Below, piece by piece: positions 12,661-25,570 of a stretch of DNA of 64,000 nt; positions within the stretch are counted from its first letter, which is position 1, and every line of letters starts with the position of its first letter. The stretch is taken from contig NC_057718.1 of assembly GCF_004010195.1 (NCBI RefSeq), positions 39,353,143-39,417,142 on the forward strand. The letters run 5' to 3'. The DNA comes from Chiloscyllium plagiosum (Eukaryota). Below the pieces are notes generated by a model. It was given only the letters and a program-made list of their open reading frames with translations. It did no database searches and was not told the DNA's origin. The position numbers were made by a program, and so were the translations under genes.

Positions 12661-15633
12661 CTTTTTGAAGAATTCCAGCCTCAGACAATTGTCTATGTAA
12701 AGCCTGAACTCAACGGGCAATTCCCACAGGGTCAGTGCCTCAAGAGGTACCAATGTGTATCTTTCAGGGTATGTCCAGTGTCCAACTATCTAGGGACCAA
12801 AGATGTGTGCCCAAATTCTTCATCTTTTATGGATTGTTACCTTATCATTCCAGATCCAACCTCGTATAGCAATTGCAAAGCCAATACTAGTATGTGGATA
12901 TATATTTTAAAAGCCAGCTCTGATTATTGCCCTGGCATCCTTTTACTTATAAGCATGGCACCTGAATCTTTGTTCATTTTTTACACCCTTCCCATCCTAC
13001 TTTAGCTATGATTGCATAAGAGAATCCTAGCCTTATTATCTATTTCAATCACATACCTTTTCTGTGCATTTAGCCATCCATTCCTTCCCTTAACTTGCAT
13101 CATTTCCATGCCTTAGTGAGGTTATGATTTTAATTGCTTAAAACGTTCATGCTTCTTGGTGATGCAGGTTGCAAGTCATTCAACCTGTTATCATCCTCTC
13201 CCCGTGTAGCATTTAGTGACCTCTTCCATTCTCCTTTTCTCTTCCAGCCAAGAAATTCTGACTATTCTCTAGTGCTAGGTTATTCCAAATACAACATGCA
13301 CCAACAAAAGACATTTTTCTCCAAAAGAACACTACTGGTATATCTTCATCTTTATTCAAACTGACCAAAAGAATGGATCAGTAGTAGAGTTAAGTACACA
13401 TTAGAATCTCTTTGTTATTTCTGTCCAGTTATGGTAGCTGCAGTTTTGAACTATGATCTTATTTCCACTTTCTCAAAACTCATAATAGTAAACGATTTTT
13501 CTGTTCAAATAATGCAGGTGAATAACTGAAAATGAAAATCATATGTAGATCATTGCATTGTAATCACTGCATTGATGCCAAATGTATGATGCAGAATTAT
13601 AAGGACCAGTATCTCAATGTGTATACAGCTGATTACAGCCTGCACTTTTGAAAATGCACTTAGTGTATAGAAATCCTATTGCCTTGACAAGTGTATGAAA
13701 CGTAAAGAATATGCTACAGTAACTTGACAATCTTTCCGAATCTGTTTTACACACTAGCAATACAAGCCTAAAATATGGCAAGAGCTTCATGATTAAATCA
13801 AAAAATAAAAATTCGATTTTTCTGCTTTCGTTTATTCAATAGCAGTAAAAACATTATAGAAATATTTCCCACAATTTAACTAATCAATATGTCTCCCTAA
13901 TGACGTAGCTGTTTAATGAAAACCTCCTCACATACTCCAGCTCAGAACGACAAAGATAATTAGTTCGTGATCTATCAGTATTTTTACCAGAATGAATTTT
14001 TCAGAATCATTTCCTTCATCTTTCAAGTTACTCTACCTTAGGGAGATGAATGCTTGAAGCAACCCTAATGAAAGGCATTTTCTGAAATGGCAAAAAAAAA
14101 TTCTTGCTGTTTGTCTTCTGGAATTGAATTTTTAGCTCTTACCTGATGGAAAGTTGTCTCCTTGTTGGCAAATCATTTTACACTCTTAATAGCACAGACA
14201 CCTGCATATGTGAGTAAATTACTGATTTAACTTAAGACAGACTTTCTAACAATCTGTTCCAGTAGAATGAAACAGCCATACAAGATGCAAGAAATTAGGC
14301 ATTTTACCTAATTTCAGCTTGAACTACATTTGCAGTAGTTTCTTGCTCGCTTTTGATGACTGAAGCATTCTAGTTTTTATTGGAAGTGGGGGATAATAGG
14401 TAATAATGACCATCACTTTGGGCCTTTCAGGAAAGAAATGCTTCACAATATATTTCTGATGGCTACAATATAATTCTGAATACCAGAATTAATCTTTTGA
14501 TGTTTTTTGAGTATTTTCAGAAGATGAGGAATCAAGTGAAAGGGTGAGAGAGAGAGAGAATTCAAAGTTGGATAAAGCAGTGTACATAGACCTATACTCA
14601 CCTACATATCGTAGGACAACTCCCTTCCCAGATTCTGTTGTTGTAGGAGACTGGGAATTATGTGCAGGAATCAAACCAGTAGATATCAGCTGCAAATCAG
14701 TAGAACAATGAACTTTGCTACCTCTAGGTCTTTTCAAACTATCACAGGGAAGGTCAACAACATTAGTGAATTTATAGGACAGAATGCAGAAAACGTATTA
14801 TTATGTGGGGCAAACACCTTCAGGACTTTGCCTGCAGGAAAATTACAGCAAAGCAAGACTGCACATTTTCAGCAAAATGGGGATCCCTAAAGGGCAAGAC
14901 ATTACTCATTACACCATGTAGCCTTCTGGATCTCCAGTAATGGTTTTTAAGAACCACAAACACTTCCACTGTGTCAAAGAGCAGGTGATCAGCAACCAAC
15001 ACAAGATAGTGTAGGTCAGTATTGGCTTCCCTCACAAATACCATCATTCCTTTATTTCATGTTTTGGATAGAATAGGAAAGTAGAAAGGAATAGAGTGAG
15101 CAATTGGAAACCTTTACATACCCATGGTGCAAATTAATGGCAAATAATAACTTAAAGCTAGATACAACTTCCAGGAGAGCAATATATCAATTTTATCATC
15201 TGAGATCTCCACCTAAGTGCCTTGTGAGTGTGTCCATGCTTGAACATGCAGAATAACAGTCAGATGCCTATCTGATACAGATGACCAGATTTGTTTGGGA
15301 ACCATCCATTAGCAAATTAACCAAACTACATAACTTCAATTCCTCATGTTTCAATCATTTTCTGATGCTATTGATTAATTTGGCTTCTCCTTTGTTTCGA
15401 CCTGTAAACAAATTCTTATGCAACTTAGTGCCAATTATTTCACATTGTGCCTATAGAAGATTAGAACTTTGATTTTTACACACAGCAAGTTACATTGGTC
15501 CAGAAAGCACTGCATCTAAATGTTTCTTACTGCATAGTATTCATATAAACCAACAAACTTGCAACATCTGACTATAAAAGTTAGAAATGGAATGCAGTCA
15601 ATATATTGAATGTGAAGTCTTTTATATACTTAC

Positions 15634-16063
15634 AGCCAATCATCATCATAGCCACAGCAAAAATCTTCTCGCCATCGGTTGTTGGAGCAATATTACCAAA
15701 GCCAATACTGGTGAGGCTGGTCATTGTAAAGTAGAGTGAGGCAATGTACACTGAGTCTTTACTTGGTCCACCTTCCCATTTTTCCGTCCCACTTGTATTA
15801 AAGTGATACGGCATTCCTATGGTTTCTCCTAATTGGTAGAGCCAGCTATCTGTTCTGATCCTGTTTAATTCTTCATCGATCACTTCATAATCCCCAATGC
15901 TGTACCAGATACAAGCCAGCCAATGTGCTGCAAGCCCAAAAACACACACAAGCAGTACCAATACAGCCGCTCCATATTCAATGTAATGGTCCAACTTCCG
16001 AGCTACTCGGCCCAAGCGAAGAAGCCTAACAACTTTGAGGGAGCTGAAGAGACTGCTGATGCC
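15634..16063 (-). CDS. KCNH1: KCNH1 exon 7 (S4, S5, pore, start of S6), 430 nt
   Basis: tttgcag| [31 protein letters not shown]...TSIGFGN...AVAMMMIG |gtaagt; S4 arginines and the GFG filter of the EAG family. Confidence 0.97.
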
Positions 16064-17640
16064 CTGCAAAATGACATAATACATATCAGTTAATATATAT
16101 GTACTTCAAAAATAAAATTTAAAATTACAAAGCATTTTAATATTTCCAAAGCTATACATCAGAGCTTTTTAGTCCTCTGATATTTAATAGACAATTTTAA
16201 AAACAAGAGATTGGAATGGAGAAAAAAGGTCATTAAGGAGATAGGAAGGGAGAGAGAGAAATATTGGGGCTTATTGGAGAGTGGAGTGTAAAGAAATCAC
16301 CATGGGATAGAGCAAGAGATCTTGGTAGGACAGAGATGCCAGTACAGACATGAGGGTGAGTGAGAGATCAGGCTTAGGTGGACGGTGATTGCAATCAGCA
16401 GCAGGGAAAGTTAGATACAGAATTCCTGCACCTCTTGGCCCATAAGAAGCATTATAAAAGTAATTTAACCTTGGTTCCTGATTCCCTTCTCCTGAAGGTT
16501 TCCTGACTCCTTAGAAAACCATATGGCAACTGTTCAATTTAAATCTGACTCCCAATTACAGTGTGGAAGCCTGAAATAAATATTGTGAAGTGTTCCACAA
16601 ACTTCCAAATTTGCCACTGCAAAAACAATGTAAATATTTTGAGCTGCAGTCCAAAATATTTAGTTTTTAATCACTACACCACCTCCCACCCTCTAATGGA
16701 CATTTTGGTGTGTGTTCATAACAAACCTTATGCCTTTTTGCATGGAAGAAACATTTATCACAGTTATCCATCACCAGCTTAGTATGACAGCAAAAATGTG
16801 AAAAATTAGTTGTCTGATTAGATATGCAAATTAGAATCTTGCAACATGCTATTTGAATTTTTATTGGAAAATTCAACTATTAACGGATATAAAACAAAGT
16901 ACCTGTATCATAAAAAGTGCAAGGATAAGAGGCAATATCTGAATATTAGTGAGTTACGACTGCACTGTCCTTAAGATAGAACAGCAACCAAGAACTAGTC
17001 ACAGTACTCTATGTGACTTGTGAAAATATCTTCTAGGACTCAAAGTCACCCACAGATTGAGGTGCATATTATTCACATTTTGCATGTATTTCAAGAAATT
17101 CAAACAAATTATACACTATTTCATTTTGCAAGTGTGAACTACCATTTCTAATTATCACACCAGGTGACAGTTCAATTATGTAGCATTTATCTGATCACAT
17201 CAATACAATTAATAAAGGTTACATGGGTGTTTCTTATGCAACACTGTAAAATAAGTCATGCAGTGTTTATGTTGTCATCAGCCACACACTGTGCATACAC
17301 AGATTTACAAATGGTCAAAAAAACCTTAAAACTGTACAAAATATCATTAAATATGACACACTGGCTATCCTAGAAACAACCTTTGTACATTTTTTATTTT
17401 GATTGTAAGTAAATGGTTCAATCTGATTGCAAGTAATCAAAATGAGTATTTTATTAATGTCCTACGCTCAGGGCAAAATTTGTAGATGATATGTAAATTC
17501 AGAAGTGCATGTCAGTGAAATGGGCAGGTGAAATTCAATACAGACAATTGAGAAGTGATTAATTTTGATAGGAAGAACATGGAGAGACAATATAAAAGAA
17601 AAGGTACAACTCTAAAGATGGTGCAGGAAACCTGTCATCT

Positions 17641-17714
17641 GTCTCTGTGGCGCAATTGGTCAGCGTGTTTGGCTGTTAACCAAAAGGTTGGTGGTTTGAA
17701 ACCACCCAGGGACA
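17641..17714 (+). pseudogene. tRNA-Asn(GTT) pseudogene
   Basis: GTCTCTGTGGCGCAATTGGTCAGCGTGTTTGGCTGTTAACCAAAAGGTTGGTGGTTTGAAACCACCCAGGGACA folds as a cloverleaf; anticodon GTT at 17675-17677; differences from canonical vertebrate tRNA-Asn are mostly CpG decay, including T-loop TTCGA>TTTGA; no CCA; TTTT at 17720-17723. Confidence 0.9.
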
Positions 17715-17772
17715 GGGTGTTTTCTGTTCTCACTCCTAACGATTTCTCGGCTGTGAACGTGTGTGTTTTTTG

Positions 17773-18082
17773 TGGACATCACGGTTGCTCAGTGGTTAGC
17801 ACTGCTGCCTCACAGCACCAGGGTCCCAGGTTCAATTCCAGTCTCGGGCAACTGTCTGCGTGGAGTTTGCACTTTCTCCCCGTGGGTTTCCTCTGGGTGC
17901 TCCGGTTTCCTCCCACAGTCACAAAGATGTGCAGGTCAGGTGAATTGGCCAGGCTAAATTGCCCATAGTGTTAGGTGCATTAGTCAGAGGGAAATGGGTC
18001 TGTGTGGGTTACTCTTCGGAGGGTCGGTGTGAACTGGTTGGGCCGAAGGGCCTATTTCCACACTGTAGGGAATCTAATCTAA
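17773..18082 (+). mobile_element. V-SINE (HE1-like), near full length
   Basis: gctcagtggttagcactgctgcctcacag, ggttcaattcc B box, V core, (AATCT)n tail. Confidence 0.9.
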
Positions 18083-20163
18083 ACCAGGAACCTGGGTGTA
18101 CCTCTGCATAACTCATTAAAGGTTGTGGAACAGATTGAGAGAGCAATTAACAAAACATACAACATTCTAGGCTTTATTAATAGATGCAGAGAGTGAAAGA
18201 GGAAAGAGGGTATGTTAAACTTGTATAAAAGACTGGGTCAGACTCAACTGGTATATTACATCCAATTCTAGGAGCCACACTTTGGGAAAGATATGATGGC
18301 ATTAGAGACAGTGAGGAAAGATTTGCAAGAATGATTTCAGTGAAGAAGAACTTCAGTTATATAATTAGATTAGAAAAGTTGGGACTAATTTCATTGGAGG
18401 AGGAGGTTGAGAGGAGATTTGACAAAGATATTCAACATCTTGAGTGATCTGGACAGAGTAGATAAGGAAAAATTGTTCCTACCTCATGAAGGATCAAGAA
18501 GACAATGGCACAAATTTAATGTAATTGGCAAAAGAACAATGGAAACAAAATGGGAAACCTTTTCATGCAACAAATGGCTAAGGTCTGGAATATATTGCCT
18601 GACAGCATAATGGAGGCAGGTTCAATCAAAGCATTCAACAAGCAACTGGATTATTTTCTGAAAGCGTAGAATGTACAGGGTTATAGTAAAACAGTTTTGC
18701 AGAGCTTTTGCTGATAATGAGCAGAACAGACACCTCTGTGCTGTAATAGTTCAGTGATTCTCTGTCTCTCTGAGGTTAACTAGAAACACTGTGTTACATA
18801 GAATAGCACAGAATCTTTCTCCAACCTTCTCCACTGCACAAGTTAATAGAGCATAAATATAAAGAGTCTACCGTACAAATGTCAATATGAAGCATCACAA
18901 GGAGAGCATTTTGAAAAAGTGCAGCTCTTCATTACGTTCAAGCACTTTAGAGAAAACACATTAAACATAACTTATGAAATAGAAAGCCTACTTTGGTTAC
19001 AGCATGATGATTGCAGTCCTTCAAACCCCAAAACATAGTCAGAAGAGGATCAAGCCACAGAAATAAAGAAGCATGCAAATGGAAAAAGTAGAAAGCAAGA
19101 AGAAAACAAAGTGTAAAAACATGTTAAGGCTAGTGCAAATGTTCTGAACTATTGTAAATCAAATACAGTACTTTATTTTACTCATTGTAAATGAATAGAC
19201 AAACAGGAAACATACAATTAGCTACAACATCTTTTTGTATTCTGCATGTATCCAAGAAACTCTGTCACAACGCAGCATATAAATGCTGTTTAATGCACAC
19301 AATGAAAATAGCATTTCAAACCTTCCTTTGGCACTATTCTCAATGGAAAAGCATTATATACACAAGAAAATGGGGAAACAGGGTGTGAACAAGGATTTCT
19401 TCTTAGTTCAGAAAACCACTTATTGCCATTTTTTGTTCCACAGAAGAATATGCTTAGTGACATGGATAAGGCCATTTGATGAATTAATTGGGATAATATA
19501 ATTCCCACAGGGAGTTTAAACTAAGCAACCACACCATCAGGATCACTGAGCACAACTGAGCAGAGGGCCAAAATGCTACTTGTGCCTTTGCATTCTATTC
19601 CCTAGATTAACAGTACAATATTGAAAAACTTGTTCAGAATTCCTCCTTGACAAGCTATCATCTTGACAGCATTGACAGAGAGGTGTACAAAAGTAAATAC
19701 TCTTCCAACACTGCATAATTTCAAATTATGCTGCACAATAAAGCGCATTTTAGTGCTATTAAGTTGGGGAAATAATTAATAACTTTATTAGTGGATAACG
19801 AATAAAATATCAGACCTTCCTCAGTGCTAGGTAATAACCATCTTAAAAAAGAGAAATTCTAGCCATCTCTCATTGCACCACCATCTCTATGCCCCAAATT
19901 ATCAATATCCTGGTTCTTTCAAGTTAGTTGCTGAGTTCTATATGATTCATTTCCTCTAAAGTCCTCCACCTTCTATAAAGCTGAAACTGGGAATGAAATC
20001 AAATATTCACCACAGACCCGTATGAGCATACTGCAACATAGGAACTTAATGCTATCCAGGTCAAAACAGTGTGTATGAACTCTGGGCTACTGGAGTCAAT
20101 ATTGAACTGTCCACCATCTGATCTTGCTGGATTGATTGCAGTACTGTAGGAGAGTAGCAAAAT

Positions 20164-20374
20164 CTGAAAATGTGTTGCTGGAAGAGCGCAGCAGGTCAAG
20201 CAGCATCCAAGGAGCAGGAGAATCGATGTTTTGGGCATGAGCCCATTCCTGAAGAAGGGCTCATGCCCGAAACGTCGATTCACCTGCTCCTTGGATGCTG
20301 ACTGACCTGCTGCACTTTTCCAGCAACACATTTTCAGCTCTCATCTCCAGCATCTGCAGTCCTCATTTTCTCCA
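20164..20374 (+). mobile_element. Non-autonomous Penelope-derived foldback element with hammerhead core
   Basis: ~80-nt inverted arms plus tail; 13-bp TSD AGAGTAGCAAAAT (20151-20163 / 20375-20387); CTGAAGA..GAAACGTC at 20249-20276. Confidence 0.88.
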
Positions 20375-20518
20375 AGAGTAGCAAAATAACTAATTTCCTA
20401 AACTTTACTTTCTCATTCCCTGACATCACTTAAATGTGATCATGGAAGGAATAGGTGGGCAACTGAAATACTGCTCAAGTGACAAGAAACTTTAGGAATG
20501 CATTTTGGTGGTAGGCAC

Positions 20519-20736
20519 TGTCGAGATTGTAATGAGATCAATCAGGTGAACCACATAGAATAGGAGTTCCCTGATTGGGGCTGTTAACCCTGGCTGACAG
20601 ATATAAACAGGAGTGTCAGACATCCTATTCATTCTGACTGCTGGCTCTGAGGAAGCTCGATCAGTGTCAAGTTCTATGCACATGTAAATAAAGGGCAACT
20701 TGGTGACGGGATACTGGCCTCTGTGAAGTTATTTCA
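20519..20736 (+). mobile_element. Solo LTR (218 bp)
   Basis: TG...CA termini; 5-bp TSD GGCAC (20514-20518 / 20737-20741); internal TATAAA then AATAAA. Confidence 0.85.
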
Positions 20737-21347
20737 GGCACCCCATCCCATTTTTCCAGCTTCACAGCTCCCATACTGCTTGCTAATAGAAACTTTTCTT
20801 GCCAAAATCTGGTTTAAATATCATCACTTGGAAATACTGGAAACTGGCCAGTCAATTACAATATTAGCATTGAGTGAATCTAATTGAAACAAAATGTATT
20901 TTAATGGTTCGTCTTGTTCATTTTACATATTTAAACATGTTGAGGAATCACCCAAATTAATTTAGGAAACATAATAAATATTGAAGCAGATTTTCATCTT
21001 TAATTGTGGGTCTAGGATCTGCCTGTTTTACAATTCATTGATTTCTATAAAAGGAGGATGCCTCATTCCACCAGATTGGCATATAAACAATTAATATGAA
21101 AGTCAACATCACTAATTCATTAATACACTGTAAGGTTCCAGTAAATTTCCAATTTTCTTCCTTCCTGTAGGCATGAGATATCACAGCTATGCCTCAATTG
21201 ACATCCACACAGAAGCACATTCTAGCAATAGCTGGATATCCTTAGCTGGATAACACTATGAATAAAAAGTCTTGACTTATTTTATTCATTGTTAGTCCAG
21301 AGCAGGAAAAACTTATAGCATCCATAGATTACAAAACAAAATGATCA

Positions 21348-21767
<420 letters not shown>

Positions 21768-23060
21768 TTATGATTATTAACAAAACATTGAAATTAATAA
21801 TGGCTAATACCCAGTAGTACACCTCTGAGATGTTACAACCTGATAGGATTAGCTATATTTGCTGAGAAATCAATGATCCTGGGTTACAGCGTGATCTAAA
21901 TCAAAGAACCTAGAACAAATTCTGCAAGATCTAAAGCTATGACCTTTCTTTAACAAAACTCTACCATCCAAAAGGATAATGGCTAATCTGTTTGAGCTTC
22001 AAATTCCATGTTACCATCTATTCCCAATAACCTTTGATCCTTTAGCCTAATAAAAATATATCTACATCTGCTTTAAAACAATCAACAACTCTGCCTCCAC
22101 CATCGTCTGGGACAGAAAGCTGCTCCTCATCTCAGTCCTAAAGAGCTTTCCCTAATTTTTAAGACTGTAGCTCATACAAATGCCACCTCTAGGTGGTGCA
22201 AGGAGCACAGAAACGCGAACAAAGAGTTGGCTTCATTCGTAAGCAATGATAGCAGCTAGCCATTTGAGGTCAACCCAGGGAAGCAGCTTCTTCTTCAGGG
22301 CCTGAACTCACCACCTCATGTTTCTGAGGCACACTACTGCCTCTAATACCTTCCTATAATTGGCCATCTTTCACAGATTGTGCAGTCAAAATGATGCATT
22401 GCTGTAACTGCTGCATCACAGTGAACATGAGCTAGTCATGCTCTCAATAAAAAATGCCCCATTCACAAGTTGCCATTCCACTTGCACAAGCAGCCCGTGT
22501 AATAAGAATAGGGCATTTTTTGTCCCACCATGAGTGCTGGGTAAGAGCCCTCCATTGAAAGGCCAAGGGAGAAAGATAGATTGGTCATCATTTGATTTAA
22601 AAAAAACTAATTAATGTGAACTAAAAAATTGTAGCTGGATATCCTATATATGTTATAACCTATGCTTAATTGCCTGGAAAATGTGGTGGTGAGCTTTCTT
22701 TTTGAACCGCATGCTGTCTTTGCAATATGGGGATCCCCACGATGCTGTTAGGGAAGGAGTTCAGGATTTTGACTCAGTGACAGTGAAGGAACAGCAATAT
22801 ATTGTCAAGTCAGAATGATGAATGGCTTGGAGGGGAATATGCAGGTGGTGTTTTTCCAGGGGTGGGGCTGCCCTTGTTATTCCAGATGGTTTGAAAGGTG
22901 ATGTCACAGGAGCCTTGGTGAGTGACTGCTGTGCATCTTGTAAATGGTACGCACTGCTGCTGCTGAGTATAAGTGATGAAGGGAAGCAAGTAGATTTTAT
23001 TCCATCGCACTCGTGACTTGTGCCTTGTAGATGGTATCAGACAGGCGGTAATCTATTCAA

Positions 23061-23287
23061 AGATGGAAATGTGTTGCTGGAAAAGCGCAGCAGGTCAGGC
23101 AGCATCTAGGGAACAGGAGAATCGACGTTTCGGGCATTAGCCCTTCTTCAGGAATTAGCCCTGAAGAAGGGCTAATGCCCGAAACGTCGATTCTCCTGTT
23201 CCCTAGATGCTGCCTGACCTGCTGCGCTTTTCCAGCAACACATTTCCATCTCTGATCTCCAGCATCTGCAGACCTCACTTTCTCCTC
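23061..23287 (+). mobile_element. Young Penelope-derived foldback element with hammerhead cores on both strands
   Basis: Perfect 92-bp inverted arms (23061-23152 / 23160-23251), 36-nt tail, 15-bp TSD CGGTAATCTATTCAA (23046-23060 / 23288-23302). Confidence 0.92.
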
Positions 23288-24689
23288 CGGTAATCTATTC
23301 AATCCAAGGACGAAATCTTATACAAGATTTCAGAAGTCTTCATTCAGTTATTCAGAAGGCAGGCATCATCTCCTAAGAATCAACTGCTGAAGCTATGGGG
23401 AGAATGGAAAACTTGGAAGATACATGCTTCCCAAGAATGAATGAATCATAGCAGTTACCAGGAAATCAAGTGCAGACGTACAAGATCCAGTGATTACAAT
23501 CTAACTGGACACTGAAGGAGTAGAATCACTTGCAATTGATTCTCCCTTTCTTGATGTTACTTAATCTGGTACCAAGTCAAGAGATCACCAGCAGCCCAGC
23601 AATAATGTCATCAAGCACATTAAGCAGATAATTACTGGAAGTATTCTCACAGACAGTAAACTCAGGTGTAAAGTCCACTTTGTTTACATATTTGATTAAA
23701 ACTTCACAGAGTGAAGTAAATGATTGGCTCATACATACAGTACGATGAAGCTTCATTATCAACATTCTTTAGAAAGTTATTTTATCATGATGGAGAATGT
23801 GACCTATAATGTTTTTTCAGGAACAGTGAGGCTGTTCAGTAGTAAATGTGAACACTGAAGATCATTAAGGTTATACCCCATTCAACAAGCCAGAGATCCA
23901 GGTTAATGCTCCGGGACAGGTGTTTGAAATCCACTACAATAGATGATGAAATTTAAGTTCAATAAATAAATCAAATTTAAATAGAAGCTAGTCAAATGGT
24001 GATCATAAAATCATTGTCAACTGTAGTAAAAATCCATCCAGTTCAATAATGTCCTTTAGGAAAGGGAAAACGCTGTCCTTACCTTGTCTAGCCTATATCT
24101 GACTCTTGACTCAACTGCCCTCTGATAAGGACCAGCAAATAACTCAGTTGTAGTAAACTGCTATGTCAAAAAAAAGATTGAAATTCGACAAGACCAGCTG
24201 TGACCTTGGCACTGGAAATAGCAGTGGCAAACCCAGACCTGCAAAATCCTATGCCAAAATTGGAAGCAGTACCACAAATGTCTAATCAAGCAATAGCCCA
24301 TTTCTGATACCACTATCTCTGTGTATGTCTTATCTTACCAGAAGGACAGACCAAGCAAAGGTGGTAGCACAGTGGTACACAGTCAGGAGAGAGTTGTCCT
24401 GGAGGTACTCAACATTTACTACAAACAACATGAAGCCCACATCAGCTCAAACATGGGCAAAGAAACTTCCTTCTGATCACCACCTACTGTGGCCATTCCA
24501 CCTCTCTATCCACAACCCCACTCCTCAACTCCCCTGAATGAACCGGTACTTCACCATGCTGTACACCAACTGGAAGAAGTACTGGGGTGATAAGGGCATA
24601 GAATGTACAGTATTGATCAGAGTGACCACTGCACAGTTCTTATGGAGACAAAGTCTTATCTTTCCACTGAGAAAAGTCTCTATTGTGTG

Positions 24690-25570
24690 TGTGTGATACC
24701 ACCGTTGTGCTACATTTACAAATTCGCTGATGACACCACCATAGTTGGTCAAATCTCAGATGGCGACATAACAGACAATTGACGAGAGGTGGAAAACCTG
24801 GAAAAATGGTGCACTGAGAACAACCTAGCTCTCAGTGCCGGCAAAACCAAGGAATTCATTTTGACTATCAGCGGGATATTACTCATGTCCCCTATACAAT
24901 AACAGCACGGAGATGGAATGAGTGGAGAGTGTCAAGCTCCTGGGAGTGGTCATCAACAACAATGTTTCTTGGACTGTTCACGTGGATGCATTGGTTACAA
25001 AGGCCCAACAATGTCGCTTCTTCCTCAGGCAGCTGAGGAAATTTGGCAGGATGACAAATACCCTTGCCAACTTTTATAGGTGCGCCATCGAGAGAATTCT
25101 GTCTGGATGCATCACGACCTGGTATGACAACTGTACCATTCAAGATCAGAGACGGTTACAGAGAGTGGTGAACTCAGCCTGGACAATCACAAAGGCCAAC
25201 CTCCCATCTATAGAATCCATCAACCAGGCCGCTGTCAAGGAAAGGCCACCACCATTCTCAAAGATCCATCCAACCCTGGCAATGCTTTTCTACAACCTCT
25301 ACCATCAGGGAGAAAGTACAGAAGCCTGAACATACGCACCAGCTGTTTTCGAAACAATTTCTACCCTACTGTTGTTAGAATACTGAATGGACTCACAAAC
25401 TCTTAGCATTCACCTGTACCTGTGTTTTGGTTTTTGCCACTGTTTACCTATTATTTACTTATCTATGCTATTTAATTATGTGATCTACCTGTATTGCTCG
25501 CAAGACAAAGCTTTTCATTGTGCCTCAGTACACATGACAATCAATTCAATTAATACAATCAATTCAATTA
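24690..25570 (+). mobile_element. Rex1/Babar-like LINE 3' fragment
   Basis: YKFADDTTIVG, KTKE, KLLGV.I.N.VSW, KAQQCRFFLRQLRKF, FYRCAIE.ILSGCIT.WY; (CAATT)n tail. Confidence 0.85.

Larger units (their letters stand above)
17480..18762 (+). mobile_element. Old CR1 fragment interrupted at ~17631-18083
   Basis: VDD, W.VKFN, RGDL.KIF.IL..LDRVD, W..LP relics that are colinear across the insert. Confidence 0.75.

Noticed and set aside
1..15633. KCNH1 exon 8 (SLLYATIFGNV...)
   Set aside because: No matching sequence seen; intron 7 apparently extends beyond the window start
17641..17714. Functional tRNA-Asn gene
   Set aside because: B-box/T-loop C56>T, altered discriminator, CpG decay, and location inside a LINE
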